Under the pieces are notes generated by a model. The model worked only from the letters and a program-made list of their open reading frames with translations, searched no databases and had not been told where the DNA came from. Below are positions 28,316 through 38,309 of a stretch of 64,000 nucleotides of DNA, piece by piece. Origin of the DNA: a virus (Duplodnaviria > Caudoviricetes); the IMG/VR virus record IMGVR_UViG_3300042009_000023, positions 25,357-89,356 of that record. One strand, written 5' to 3'. Positions within the stretch are counted from its first letter, which is position 1, and every line of letters begins with the position of its first letter. The position numbers were made by a program, and so were the translations under genes.

Positions 28316-30049
28316 TCATTGGCACATTTCGCATACCTCTACACGAGAAATATCACCAGCCCCCCGCATAGAATAAATGTAATACAGAGAAAGAATACCC
28401 TCATCCTCCATTGCTAGCTTGTGAATCCGACTAATATATTCCTCACTATCATTTGAAGTGAAATACAAGTTAATCGACTGAGCCTGATCGATGTACTTCT
28501 GACGCTGGGAACACAGACGAAGATAATCTTCAGCAGGAACTTCAAACCCTGTTCGGAACACAGCTTTCTCTTCTTCTGTCAACCAACTAACTTTCTGTAC
28601 ACTACCTTTATCATTAATAATCTCTTGTACTGTCTCGTCTGAGTAAGCACCTTTCTCCTTCATCAACTCAAGAAGAACTTTGTTCAGCCGGAAGAACTCA
28701 CCACCAGCAGATTGTTTAGTAAACGCCATTGCAATATCTAAACCAATACCTTCAGAAGCACCAGCCATAATCTCAGCACTTGACTTAGTTGGCGGCATCA
28801 TCAATCGTGTAGCATTACGAATACCAAGTCCTGTACAACCAAGGGGTTCACCAAGCACACCGGCAAGCCATTGCGTTGCTTTCTTTGACTCTTCATCTAA
28901 ACCTTTAAAGATTTTAGTGTTAAGGAACATACATTCCAAACTACTAACACTCAGACGTTCTTTCTGCATCAGTGTGTGCCACCCCAGTACGCCACTACCA
29001 AGCGAGCGGAACTCTCTAGTGAATCGGTAGATTTTATGCATCGCCTGTTTATCAAGATCAGTCATATCGTCCATCGTTTCAAGGTATTCACTAATATTGC
29101 AGTCGCTCATTACTTGACCAATAAAGACGAGATGTTCAGGCCATTCACGATAAAGCTCTAGGTTGTAGTTCAAAATCACACAACTAAAAGTGTAGTTTTC
29201 ATCCGATGGCAGACAAGTCTCTTGGCAGAGGTTACTAGCTTTGACAGTCATACCTTTACGACGAAACGCTTCCGCCAAGTGTCGGTTCATCTTTGAGATA
29301 AATGTAAAGTAGCCTTTGCCCCGTGGAAGCTTGACACCAAGCATCCGTTGAAACTTCCGGTGTGCCTCCTCGTCTTTATCATCCATCAAACGAATGAAAT
29401 CATCATCAATCAAATAGCCAACATTGTTTGATTCTGTACGAGCATAGAGGTGCTTTACAACCTCATCAAAATCCTTATGTTGAGGGCGAATACTGTACGC
29501 CAAACTGCCTCGACGACTACCCTGAGTTACCTCCTCCATTACAGCAATAAAGTCCCGAATGACCGGCATAACACCGAGACTTCGACCACCTCGCCGCAGC
29601 TCTGCACCCTCATGAGGCCAATGGTCAATGGAATAACTTGTACCATGACTATGTTTAGTTAGGATAGCTGCTTCAGTGATTGCGTTGTAACGATCAAAGA
29701 GGTTATTACCTACATAGCCGCCAGCACAACTAACTGTAGTACCCCGTTTACGCAAACCACCATTAGCCAACAAGGGTGTTGAGCAACTGATATAACCATC
29801 CCACATTGTTGCAAAGAAAGCATCTTCCCAAGTCTTACCGACTGTATAAGGATCAGTATCCCACCATTCAGGATAAACTTTAGGTGCATGTTTAGCCATT
29901 GCTTTAGCTACACCTTTGAAGCGGCTCTTTACTGACTCACCCTTGTAAGCATACTTATTGTGAAACAGTTGCAAACCGCCAGTAGTAAACCACTCAGGTA
30001 CTTCACCTTCCGCTTGTTGTGTCTTTCGCATTTCTGAATAGTTAATCAT
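28316..30049 (-). CDS. nrdA: Ribonucleotide reductase class Ia alpha subunit (no ATP cone)
   Basis: SCSTPLLAN, TVSC, SNLCQE (catalytic NLCxE), MPPTKSS, YIDQAQSINL, SLYY, C-terminal CEMC. Start placed at ATG 30049. Confidence 0.92.
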   Translation of the reverse strand: MINYSEMRKTQQAEGEVPEWFTTGGLQLFHNKYAYKGESVKSRFKGVAKAMAKHAPKVYPEWWDTDPYTVGKTWEDAFFATMWDGYISCSTPLLANGGLRKRGTTVSCAGGYVGNNLFDRYNAITEAAILTKHSHGTSYSIDHWPHEGAELRRGGRSLGVMPVIRDFIAVMEEVTQGSRRGSLAYSIRPQHKDFDEVVKHLYARTESNNVGYLIDDDFIRLMDDKDEEAHRKFQRMLGVKLPRGKGYFTFISKMNRHLAEAFRRKGMTVKASNLCQETCLPSDENYTFSCVILNYNLELYREWPEHLVFIGQVMSDCNISEYLETMDDMTDLDKQAMHKIYRFTREFRSLGSGVLGWHTLMQKERLSVSSLECMFLNTKIFKGLDEESKKATQWLAGVLGEPLGCTGLGIRNATRLMMPPTKSSAEIMAGASEGIGLDIAMAFTKQSAGGEFFRLNKVLLELMKEKGAYSDETVQEIINDKGSVQKVSWLTEEEKAVFRTGFEVPAEDYLRLCSQRQKYIDQAQSINLYFTSNDSEEYISRIHKLAMEDEGILSLYYIYSMRGAGDISRVEVCEMCQ

Positions 30050-31053
30050 TAGCCCTCCCAAGCAGACGTAAATTTCTTTTCGTTCCAACCACTCTCATAT
30101 TCCATACCTAAGCCAGCAGAGAAGAAGTCAATCACTTTATAAGCATATGTATTTTGTTCAAACCAGTCTGCAATCTTAGATGTAAGGTCTGGGAATGCAG
30201 GATCAAGACCAATACGTTCAAGGAAGATGTTTAGTCGTCGTTGTACAAAGATTTTGTAGTCTTCTTTACTCTGACCATTAAAAGTATCTTTCAAGATTGC
30301 AAGATCAATGATGCGGCACTCATGTTCAAAGGCATAATTTACAGCTTCGTAAATCTTTCCGACTCGTTTAGTATCTTGTTTCAACTCAACACCAAGTTCT
30401 TTGTACCGAGTGTTGATAATCTCTGCTGCAATCTGCCCGTGCAAATCTTCATCGATGGCTGACTGATTGGTCCCCCGTGCAATGACTGGAATCAAGTTGT
30501 ACCCATTAGATTGGAAGCTCTTCAGGATAGCAAAGCTTGAAAACAACAAGGCCGTCTCAGTCATACCAAAGATGATTGTTGCAAGAAGTTTATCTTCACC
30601 ACTAAGAATCTCTTCAAGCCATTCTACGCGAGCTTTTAGTTCTGGGTCATTGGTATAAGCTAGGTAATCTTCATCTTTATCCAACCCCAATTGGACGTTA
30701 ATTTGATTGTAAAACTCAGCATGAATCGCCAACTCGGTCATCCCTACGACGCTAGCTGCAAGCTTAACTTCTGGCCTTGGAAACTCTTTAATTACCAAAG
30801 CATTCCAGAACTCTTCCCCAACAATCAGCTCATAGCGAAGGAACAATTGTAATACTGTCTTAACGGCGTGTAGTTGCTCTGGTGTTAGTTCATAGAGAAG
30901 CTGCATCTTATCAAGCTCTACAGTCATCTCAGAACTAAACCAAAGCTGTTCTTCTAGTTGCTTATTAGCCATCTCAACAAGCTTTGGATAGTGTCGTGCG
31001 TAACTTAGTGTTGGTGTTTGAATCTGTGTTTTCTTATCAAAATCAATTGTCAC
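30049..31053 (-). CDS. nrdB: Ribonucleotide reductase class Ia beta subunit
   Basis: WFSSE, ELIVGEE, ELAIHAEFY, ETALLFSSF, IDEDLH di-iron motifs. Confidence 0.92.
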   Translation of the reverse strand: MTIDFDKKTQIQTPTLSYARHYPKLVEMANKQLEEQLWFSSEMTVELDKMQLLYELTPEQLHAVKTVLQLFLRYELIVGEEFWNALVIKEFPRPEVKLAASVVGMTELAIHAEFYNQINVQLGLDKDEDYLAYTNDPELKARVEWLEEILSGEDKLLATIIFGMTETALLFSSFAILKSFQSNGYNLIPVIARGTNQSAIDEDLHGQIAAEIINTRYKELGVELKQDTKRVGKIYEAVNYAFEHECRIIDLAILKDTFNGQSKEDYKIFVQRRLNIFLERIGLDPAFPDLTSKIADWFEQNTYAYKVIDFFSAGLGMEYESGWNEKKFTSAWEG

Positions 31054-31062
31054 AACAGCTCC

Positions 31063-31425
31063 TTAATTACTATGTCGTTCTAGTTCAGAAATAATATGAC
31101 CAGAATTATTGTATGATTTACCCATCGTCTTAAGAGCAATACGAAGATCTAGATCACAGTTTTCTACGATATTCGACCAACTTGCAGCCCCACTACTCAA
31201 CCACTCTTTGCAGTCTCGCTCGTGGCCTTGATACATTAGGCAATCAACAACTTGTCCCCGAAGATTACGATGCTTACATACTACCTCATCAATTTCTTGA
31301 CTGGTATCCATCCCGTTCTGTTCTAGAAACTTATTGATTGCTTCTTTATTATCTTCTCCGAATGCCTGAGCAAACCCTTGAACTAGCAGCAAGTCACTGA
31401 GACTCAAATTAAATCCTACACTCAT
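31063..31425 (-). CDS. Hypothetical protein
   Basis: 120 aa ORF, operon-packed. Confidence 0.55.
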   Translation of the reverse strand: MSVGFNLSLSDLLLVQGFAQAFGEDNKEAINKFLEQNGMDTSQEIDEVVCKHRNLRGQVVDCLMYQGHERDCKEWLSSGAASWSNIVENCDLDLRIALKTMGKSYNNSGHIISELERHSN

Positions 31426-31601
31426 ACAATTTCCCCAAATTCTTCTACGTCTTTATAATTAATATTGAAGCCCAAGAAGGTAAAGGCATCATGAAAGGCT
31501 GAGCTTAGTTCTGAAGATTCAAAACAAGCACCTTCATTATTTATGAACACTCGATAGAATCCCTCAACACCATCATCTACGCATTCAACTTCAATATTCA
31601 T
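31422..31601 (-). CDS. Hypothetical protein (59 aa)
   Basis: Own translation MNIEVECVDDG...EIV; ATGA overlaps at both ends. Confidence 0.55.
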   Translation of the reverse strand: MNIEVECVDDGVEGFYRVFINNEGACFESSELSSAFHDAFTFLGFNINYKDVEEFGEIV

Positions 31602-31795
31602 ACATCTACCCCATCTTTAAGTTCGTCTTGGAAAAATTCAAATGCTGAAATGTCTTGCATGACTGCTGCCTCGATGTCTTCGATTACATCAACAATGTAG
31701 CGTGATGATTCGCTAACACTCATCCCCAAACGAATCATCAGAAGGTTTTGATATTCTTTAATAAAGTCCGAGAACTTATAATCTACATTAATCAT
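31598..31795 (-). CDS. Hypothetical acidic protein
   Basis: 65 aa ORF coupled to its neighbours. Confidence 0.55.
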   Translation of the reverse strand: MINVDYKFSDFIKEYQNLLMIRLGMSVSESSRYIVDVIEDIEAAVMQDISAFEFFQDELKDGVDV

Positions 31796-31796
31796 T

Positions 31797-32474
31797 TTAT
31801 TTCTCCATCAATTCTTCAAGGAACGGGAAGTGCTCAATGATAACAGGTTTAATCTTTCGTGCAAGGTCTACGTGTTCTTTTTGTGTAACACCCAAGTCAT
31901 CACGAACCTTTAGATATGTAATCCATTGCCGCACTGTACCATTTGCATATATGTAGCTCATTGTATTACCTTCAGGAAGGCTTACACGAGCACACTCTTT
32001 AGCGATACCACTATCAATAGCCCAATTGTAGTTAATCTTTACTAGATCAATAACTTCCTTCTGTCGTCGTTCCCATTCAACCATCAGATCAAAATCAAGT
32101 TGATTAGTTAGGTCAAGGTCAATGCTGTTCTGCCGATTCTTTGTATCTTGTCTACGTGTCTCACGAATAACAAAATTCTGAGCTACTGCGTATCTTTGTG
32201 AGAACTCTTGGAATTTGATTGACTGGTGACGCAAGACCTGCCTTGCAATATCTCGTGGTGCTTCAATCTCCACAACAATGTTGGACATATCAAAGACAGA
32301 CCAATGACCCACCCGCATACAGTATTTCAAAAGACCTGCTGCTGTATCAAAGTTCTTTTGATTATCTGGATTACTTACCCGAGCACAGAAAGCCGGAAGA
32401 TCCTCTGCTGTTGGGATAAAATCTACAGTTGGTGTTGTTACTCCAATTACTTGTGCCTTAATGAAATCAAACAA
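31797..32474 (-). CDS. thyX: Flavin-dependent thymidylate synthase
   Basis: CARVS, GHWSVF, RQVLRHQSIKFQEFSQRY (ThyX motif), ECAR..LP, QKEH. Confidence 0.93.
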   Translation of the reverse strand: MFDFIKAQVIGVTTPTVDFIPTAEDLPAFCARVSNPDNQKNFDTAAGLLKYCMRVGHWSVFDMSNIVVEIEAPRDIARQVLRHQSIKFQEFSQRYAVAQNFVIRETRRQDTKNRQNSIDLDLTNQLDFDLMVEWERRQKEVIDLVKINYNWAIDSGIAKECARVSLPEGNTMSYIYANGTVRQWITYLKVRDDLGVTQKEHVDLARKIKPVIIEHFPFLEELMEK

Positions 32475-32652
32475 CTTCTTTCTCCTTATTCAACAAATAC
32501 TCTTTAAACTCTTCTTCACTAGGAAATGAATCAAACAAAACATAAGCCATCCCCGTTGAAACAATACCCTTATAAGCTTCAAGGGTGCTGATCATGTCTT
32601 GCCACTTCATCTTAACACGTTCTGTTGGCACTGTCACAATTAATGTCATCAC
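32467..32652 (-). CDS. Hypothetical protein
   Basis: 61 aa, overlapping starts and stops with neighbours. Confidence 0.5.
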   Translation of the reverse strand: MMTLIVTVPTERVKMKWQDMISTLEAYKGIVSTGMAYVLFDSFPSEEEFKEYLLNKEKEVV

Positions 32653-33143
32653 TGCACTTCCTTTGGAATAAACTTATCCAACTCTACAGCTACAAAGCCT
32701 ACAGGTTTAGCAATCTTCCCATCTTCTCTACGAACTGTATAAAAAGAAAGATTATTTAGAACAGAAGTTTCAATATAGTACTCTTTATCGTCACGTTCTT
32801 CAAGCTTTTCTTTAGCTTCACAAGCTTCGTAGAAAGAGTTGAAAATCTTATTCTGATTGTTGTCAATGATTTGTTGGATACCACCTTCAACATCAAAGCC
32901 AGCTTTCTCAAGCATATCAAACAACTTAGAAAGAATCACGAATGTGTCAACTGCTCCATCCAACAACTCCTTCATATCACCTACAGCCATTGCATCAACA
33001 GTTTCAGTTGACTCCTCCACAAGCAACTTACTTTGTAGCTCTACTGCTCGCTCCCAATCAAGTGTGCTGAACTCATGATCTTTAACACCAGCCTTCTTGT
33101 TCCAATCAATGATTTGATTGTAGTAACCTTGCAAATCTTTCAC
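32649..33143 (-). CDS. MazG-like NTP pyrophosphohydrolase
   Basis: LLVEESTE...ELLDGAVD (ExxE/ExxD), NNQNK, REDGKIAKP. Confidence 0.75.
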   Translation of the reverse strand: MKDLQGYYNQIIDWNKKAGVKDHEFSTLDWERAVELQSKLLVEESTETVDAMAVGDMKELLDGAVDTFVILSKLFDMLEKAGFDVEGGIQQIIDNNQNKIFNSFYEACEAKEKLEERDDKEYYIETSVLNNLSFYTVRREDGKIAKPVGFVAVELDKFIPKEVQ

Positions 33144-33676
33144 AACTTCTCCTCAATTAATAGACTTCGAATGTCAGACCAATCACAAACACCACTAAAG
33201 AATTTACCAATACTTTCATCTTGTGTGTATGGTGTTCGCATTTTGATTAGCTTAACATCATTTGGTTGCTGATTCAAATACTTATTCCTGTCATCCACAA
33301 AGTGTGTACAACGAGTAAACCCTTTCTCCTTTGTACAGTGGATGAAATCACGGAAAGGAAACCACTGATTTACCCAATCACACTTAGAAGCGAAGTGTCC
33401 TTTCTTTGCATAACTAACAAAGCCGACGTTCCAACCTTGTTCATGCAACTCTTTCAATACTTCAACACAATCTTTCTTAGGCTTAACTTTCCAATAAAGG
33501 TAATCATCAGACCAAAAACTTATTGCTGCTTTACCGAAGATTTGTGTTAGATCATAGTTGTAATCAACGTCTTCAGCGGTGAGGTTTTTGTTGAAGCTAA
33601 GGTTACACCAGTTCAGCCACATAGGCCACATATCTACACAAGTTTCATCGATATCCACAGCAATAATTTTATTCAT
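33140..33676 (-). CDS. HAD-family 5'(3')-deoxyribonucleotidase
   Basis: IIAVDIDET (DxD), K...W....FP, FVDD, TPY motifs. Confidence 0.8.
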   Translation of the reverse strand: MNKIIAVDIDETCVDMWPMWLNWCNLSFNKNLTAEDVDYNYDLTQIFGKAAISFWSDDYLYWKVKPKKDCVEVLKELHEQGWNVGFVSYAKKGHFASKCDWVNQWFPFRDFIHCTKEKGFTRCTHFVDDRNKYLNQQPNDVKLIKMRTPYTQDESIGKFFSGVCDWSDIRSLLIEEKL

Positions 33677-34191
33677 CGCTTAGCTCGCTCTTTGATCCGA
33701 TTAGATGAATACTGAATCTTATTCTGTTCGTAGTCTACATCATTACCTTCTTTACCGGCACCATTCTGAGCACCAAAAGAACGAACCAAAGCTTTCTGAA
33801 TATTGGCGTAGTCAAAGTCGGATTTAAACAAGACTTCAATCAATTCTTCTGTCTTGATAAAAGCTTTACCTTTATTATCTGCACGATCTACAATTAGTTG
33901 AACAAACCAATGAGGAAGCTCAATATCGTAGTAAGATGAACTACCCCCATCTGACTTAATTGGTGCCACTTCTTTAGCCTCTGTCTTAGCCAATTCAAAA
34001 TACTTAGAGTAGTAAATAGCTCTAGCCCCTTTAAGGGATATTGAACTACCATTATCATACAAACCAGTAACTTCATAAGCTTCATCTTCTTCAAAGCCAA
34101 AACTATAAAGTTCGTGACTAAAGCCTTCCCAAGCCTTTTCTTTTACTTTAACACTGTCGCCAATTGCGAAGCTATTTTCCGCTGCCATCAC
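33673..34191 (-). CDS. Hypothetical protein (SH3-like N-terminus; DGGSSSYY domain, DUF3310-related)
   Basis: FAIGDSVKVK start; SDGGSSSYY...NIQKALVR...GKEGN...NKI pattern. Confidence 0.45.
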   Translation of the reverse strand: MMAAENSFAIGDSVKVKEKAWEGFSHELYSFGFEEDEAYEVTGLYDNGSSISLKGARAIYYSKYFELAKTEAKEVAPIKSDGGSSSYYDIELPHWFVQLIVDRADNKGKAFIKTEELIEVLFKSDFDYANIQKALVRSFGAQNGAGKEGNDVDYEQNKIQYSSNRIKERAKR

Positions 34192-34329
34192 TCATTTTTT
34201 CTCCTTGAGTTTCTTTATTTGGTCTAGCATGTCTGATTGCTGTTGACGTAAAGTATGAACTTGTTTACTTAAGCTGTCAACAGCATCTTCAAGATTTTCT
34301 ACTGTTCGAAGTAATTTATAATTCTCGAT
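34192..34329 (-). CDS. Small coiled-coil protein with a possible non-canonical ATC start
   Basis: 45-codon open frame IENYKLLRTVENLEDAVDSLSKQV...; AAGGAG lies 7 nt before ATC. Confidence 0.45.
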   Translation of the reverse strand: MENYKLLRTVENLEDAVDSLSKQVHTLRQQQSDMLDQIKKLKEKK

Positions 34330-34330
34330 T

Positions 34331-34840
34331 TTAGTTCTCCTTAATGCCGCGCTTTGAAAGAGCACCCAATTGTGAATTCCTCCAGTGTGGTAGCCAGCGC
34401 ATATTCGCTAGGTTATACCCTAAAGAAGAATCTTCGCGGTCTACAGAAGGTGCAAGTCTCATATCATAATCTGATTCTTGGTACTCGTCAAACAAAGAAT
34501 TGAAAGTCTCATCATTTATAGACCACTCGTAAAATTCTTCTTTACTTAGAATATCAAGACCTTCGTATAAATGAGCTTTCTTACTTTGAACTCCCGTGAC
34601 TCTTGATAGCATGTTACGATAAGAGCGCATTAGATAACCACCCTTAGTTTTCTCGTAACGCTTTGTACTAGAATCACCGTTCTTCTTCCTGTCTTCTCGC
34701 TGTTTGGCGTTACTACATTCCTTGCAGCGACCACCATAACCGTTCCTACTTTCGGTAGATTTAACAAATAAAGACAAATCTTTTTCAGTATTGCAGGTTT
34801 TACATAGTTTTAGCACCGATCCAATCCCCATTTTTATCAA
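34331..34840 (-). CDS. HNH homing endonuclease with N-terminal zinc finger
   Basis: CKTC...CKEC zinc finger; PSVDREDSSLGY...NMRW...N His-Me finger. Confidence 0.75.
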   Translation of the reverse strand: MIKMGIGSVLKLCKTCNTEKDLSLFVKSTESRNGYGGRCKECSNAKQREDRKKNGDSSTKRYEKTKGGYLMRSYRNMLSRVTGVQSKKAHLYEGLDILSKEEFYEWSINDETFNSLFDEYQESDYDMRLAPSVDREDSSLGYNLANMRWLPHWRNSQLGALSKRGIKEN

Positions 34841-35693
34841 GAATCATGGCTTCCAAGATTGGAACACCATCAATAATCAAACCAGTGCCAATGACAGGGC
34901 GCTGAATGTTTACATTGTTATAACTAAACGCCAAACTAGAATCATCTACCAAGCAACCACATTGCATACCAAAGTACAAGCCCGTTGGGTTGCCCCAGTA
35001 ATCTACTTTAAAAGTGTTGTGGTAATGTCCTTGGACACTATGCATTCCCATTTGCTGACCAAGCTTTACAACATCACTTGACTTGCCGTGGTGAACATAA
35101 CACTTCTGACCATTTGGCAAAGTAATAGTTAAATCAAAACTCCATTTCCAACCATCATCAACACCAAGTACGTCGTTGTACGTTCTAATATAGTGTTTTG
35201 GGATACCGTTTGTTTTAGCTTTACGCCACACCAAAGAGCCGTGGTTAGATTCAATAATATCCATAACAGGGAACAACTCAAACACTTCTTTAATTACAGG
35301 AAGTGCCCGACGAATCTCATCCCCAGCGTTTGGTAGGTCTGGGTCGCTGTCATGGAAGCTCAAAGAGTGCTGGTCAAGTTCATCACCTAAACAGATTACT
35401 CGTGTTGGGTTGTACTTTGCTTTCAAGTGTTTAAGAAAAGGAATCAAATCTTTATGGTGATATGGGATGTGCATATCAGAAATAAACAAGATTCGGGAGT
35501 TATCTTCAACACCATCAACTTTACGAACAACATGAGCATCTTTACCTTCAACAGCACGATCATTATTAAAGTGTTTGCGAAGGTAATCCCCAACTGTCGA
35601 ACGAGCAATACCAAGTTCTTTACTGACTGCACGCCAAGACAACCCACTTACAGCGAGACTGATTGCTTGTTGTTTCCATTCTACTTCACTCAA
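34800..35693 (-). CDS. Calcineurin-like metallophosphoesterase with N-terminal HTH
   Basis: SDMH, LGDELD, SNHG, HHG, GHYH motifs; N-terminal SWRAVSKELGIARSTVGDYL HTH. Confidence 0.85.
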   Translation of the reverse strand: MSEVEWKQQAISLAVSGLSWRAVSKELGIARSTVGDYLRKHFNNDRAVEGKDAHVVRKVDGVEDNSRILFISDMHIPYHHKDLIPFLKHLKAKYNPTRVICLGDELDQHSLSFHDSDPDLPNAGDEIRRALPVIKEVFELFPVMDIIESNHGSLVWRKAKTNGIPKHYIRTYNDVLGVDDGWKWSFDLTITLPNGQKCYVHHGKSSDVVKLGQQMGMHSVQGHYHNTFKVDYWGNPTGLYFGMQCGCLVDDSSLAFSYNNVNIQRPVIGTGLIIDGVPILEAMILDKNGDWIGAKTM

Positions 35694-36553
35694 TGTATCT
35701 CTCCTTTCATTTTAAGTTTCTCTTTAAGCTCCAACACTAGCTCATAAAGATCATTCGAAATATTTAACACAATATCCAATGTCTCTTGCTTCTGGTATAT
35801 CGAATTCTTATGAAACTCATCACTAATGACTTTATTCCTCTCTTTCCAATATTCAAGTAAGAACTCTTTTGAAACTACTTCTGCGCTTATTGTGATTGGC
35901 TTATTCTTAAATAAATTAATTACATTCTCATTGGACATATCTAACCCCTACTTTCATAGTAGCTTTGGAACATGGGAGCTATGATATTAATTCCTCCCAT
36001 CACTACTGCTACCCAGAATAGGAAACCACTAGCGAGCATTGCTGCCAATATAGACCAAAGTACTGCAACTATTTCATAACCTATAGATTTAGTCATGACA
36101 TCACCCCAATGCAGTTTAACCATGTGAATAGGAATACATAGAATTGTAAGAGTAGATTGTCGTATTCAATGTTTTGTGAGAGGTCGTAGAGGAACATATT
36201 CATTTAGGTTCAATCTCCCAATCTTCATAAGAAAGTTGTTTATCACCGATTGCAGGTTCAGCTTCTTGTGGCTTCATAGCCAACTCAAGCAACTTATCTA
36301 CTTTTGCGGATAGGATAGCAATCTGGATGGAAAGCTCAGTGTAAGCAACACTACCAATTTTAAGTTTCTTGTCGGTCATTTAATTACTCCCTACGCACAT
36401 AATTTCAGGTTTAGGAATTCCAAGCTCTTCACAGAGACGTTCAAGTTCCAATTCGGCTTCAAAGAACTTCTTAACAATCTCTTGTGTTCGCCTCTTGTTC
36501 TCTTGCATTTGTATAACAGTAAGATCTTCAGGTTTGAAGTAGAACACTATCAT
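35690..36553 (-). other. Cluster of about five small hypothetical ORFs (35690-35938, 35941-36123 membrane, ~36090-36203, 36200-36379, 36380-36553)
   Basis: ORF track plus own translation; tightly coupled starts and stops. Confidence 0.5.
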
Positions 36554-37091
36554 TCTTCATTTCCTCCTCAATTTGTGCCCGTCTAATTTTAGCATTACTA
36601 CCGGGAACTATACCATGCAGTTCTAACCACTGTCTATCAGTCTTGGCTTTCATGATAGTAATAATTTCCTTATCAATTCGACTGTCTTCCATTGATAGCC
36701 CCTGTCTTTCAGAATGAGTCTTCACTTTGTGGCATGGCTTACAGCTCAACACCCACTCATCCCCAACACCACCACCACAATACCACAGAAAAGATTCCGC
36801 TGTCTCTTTTGATCTACATCCATCAGATGGTGTTTTGTGGTCACATTCTAGCTTACTCCCTGCAAACCATTGCTCACAATAAAAACATTGCCCAAGATTC
36901 TTTGTAGAGGGATGAAAGAGCTTACTAGCTTTCTCTTCTGGTGTGATTAATCGTAGTTGGTTAGCCTTCCATTGCTTACGTAGTGGATAATCTCCCCACA
37001 ATCTACGAAGTGATCCACGCAGCCATTGCCAATACTGGGATTCAGTTTTCCATATCTTGAGCCCTTCTGGTGTTAGCCAAGGTTCTTTCAT
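36528..37091 (-). CDS. HNH endonuclease (probably a conserved replication/recombination nuclease)
   Basis: CFYC...ECDH...GC...SCKPCHKVKT HNH pattern; WLRGSLRRLW N-terminus; next to the exonuclease. Confidence 0.75.
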   Translation of the reverse strand: MKEPWLTPEGLKIWKTESQYWQWLRGSLRRLWGDYPLRKQWKANQLRLITPEEKASKLFHPSTKNLGQCFYCEQWFAGSKLECDHKTPSDGCRSKETAESFLWYCGGGVGDEWVLSCKPCHKVKTHSERQGLSMEDSRIDKEIITIMKAKTDRQWLELHGIVPGSNAKIRRAQIEEEMKNDSVLLQT

Positions 37092-37264
37092 TCTTCAAAC
37101 TTCAACTTAAGACGTTCGTACTCTTCATACTCATTCATTTGAATTTGAAGCTTTGTACTTACATACCAATCGTTACCACGCAGCTTGTCCCAAATCTTTA
37201 AAGTATTTTCATCAGAGTTTTTAATCAGGACTTGCAGTGCATAAGCAAAATTACCGTCAATCAT
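37088..37264 (-). CDS. Hypothetical protein (58 aa)
   Basis: Own translation MIDGNFAYALQ...; overlaps both neighbours. Confidence 0.5.
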   Translation of the reverse strand: MIDGNFAYALQVLIKNSDENTLKIWDKLRGNDWYVSTKLQIQMNEYEEYERLKLKFEE

Positions 37265-38255
37265 ATTTTACTCCCATCTTATCCATCACGTCGTAAGCTG
37301 TGCAATTATCACCAACAAACCGCTTCATCCTAGCCATCAAAAACATTTCATTTAGAACATAGTGCCAACTGATGTTGATAGGCTCGTTTCTCCAGCCGAT
37401 AACAGTCTTTTCCTCGGGATAAAGTAGTGTGAAAACCTCTTTAAGCTTACACCATACCTCTTGGTCAGTCTTACAATCTACAAGAGCTTTGTAGGCTGCT
37501 TTATCCCCCCACTTAGTATCAGAAAAACAATTAGCCTTGTAGTTATCTGTCAAGTCATGACTGGCACATTGGAAGTAAAAGAACATTCTACCTTCCCCTC
37601 GGACTTTACCTTTATCATCTAAGAATAAATGTCCAAGCTTATTACAATCTACAACACCACGTTCTTGCTGATTACGATCCCATACTTTTATACCACAGCC
37701 CCAAAAATCTTTGTCTTCAATAATTGCAAAGTTCTTTGGTTGTTTATAACAAGCCATTACCACGGCATCGTCGCACTCAATCTCTGTTACAACTTCTGCT
37801 TTAAACTTCTTTTTAAGATACTCTGTTACTTCTAGTAGTGCAAGAGGTTTAATCAGATGAGCACGATCTTTATATTGAAGAAGCGTACTCAACTCAACCC
37901 TAAAACTATCACCCTCCCCTAGATAAGCTTTAAAGTCTTTTGCACCACTGAGTTTAAGGTCTTTCTCTACCATAACTTTTGCGGTATGTAGAACATGATC
38001 GATTGGTTCAGGACGTTGGATATCTGTGTATTCAAACTCATCCCACATAAAAGGGCTAGTTCGTCCTTTATTGATTTCAGCTAAAGCTCCACCTTCTTTT
38101 TTACGCCAATCTCCGTACCATTCAGTACGCGTCTTATATTCTTTTTCGCGCTTGCTAGCTTTGTGTGTAACCAGAACTGAACGTGTTTCACCGGCTGCTG
38201 CTGCGTGGTATTTATAGAGGTCTAAATCTAGAACTCCTGTTGTTGGGGTTGTCAT
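37257..38255 (-). CDS. 5'-3' exonuclease (T7 gp6/FEN-like)
   Basis: DLDLY, FR..L....QYK.R, EIECDDAV, EDKD, DLTDNY acidic motifs. Confidence 0.82.
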   Translation of the reverse strand: MTTPTTGVLDLDLYKYHAAAAGETRSVLVTHKASKREKEYKTRTEWYGDWRKKEGGALAEINKGRTSPFMWDEFEYTDIQRPEPIDHVLHTAKVMVEKDLKLSGAKDFKAYLGEGDSFRVELSTLLQYKDRAHLIKPLALLEVTEYLKKKFKAEVVTEIECDDAVVMACYKQPKNFAIIEDKDFWGCGIKVWDRNQQERGVVDCNKLGHLFLDDKGKVRGEGRMFFYFQCASHDLTDNYKANCFSDTKWGDKAAYKALVDCKTDQEVWCKLKEVFTLLYPEEKTVIGWRNEPINISWHYVLNEMFLMARMKRFVGDNCTAYDVMDKMGVKYD

Positions 38256-38309
38256 CCTTACTCCTTACAAAGTAGTAAGGGGCATTGAAGCCCCTATTTG
38301 TTTCTTTAA

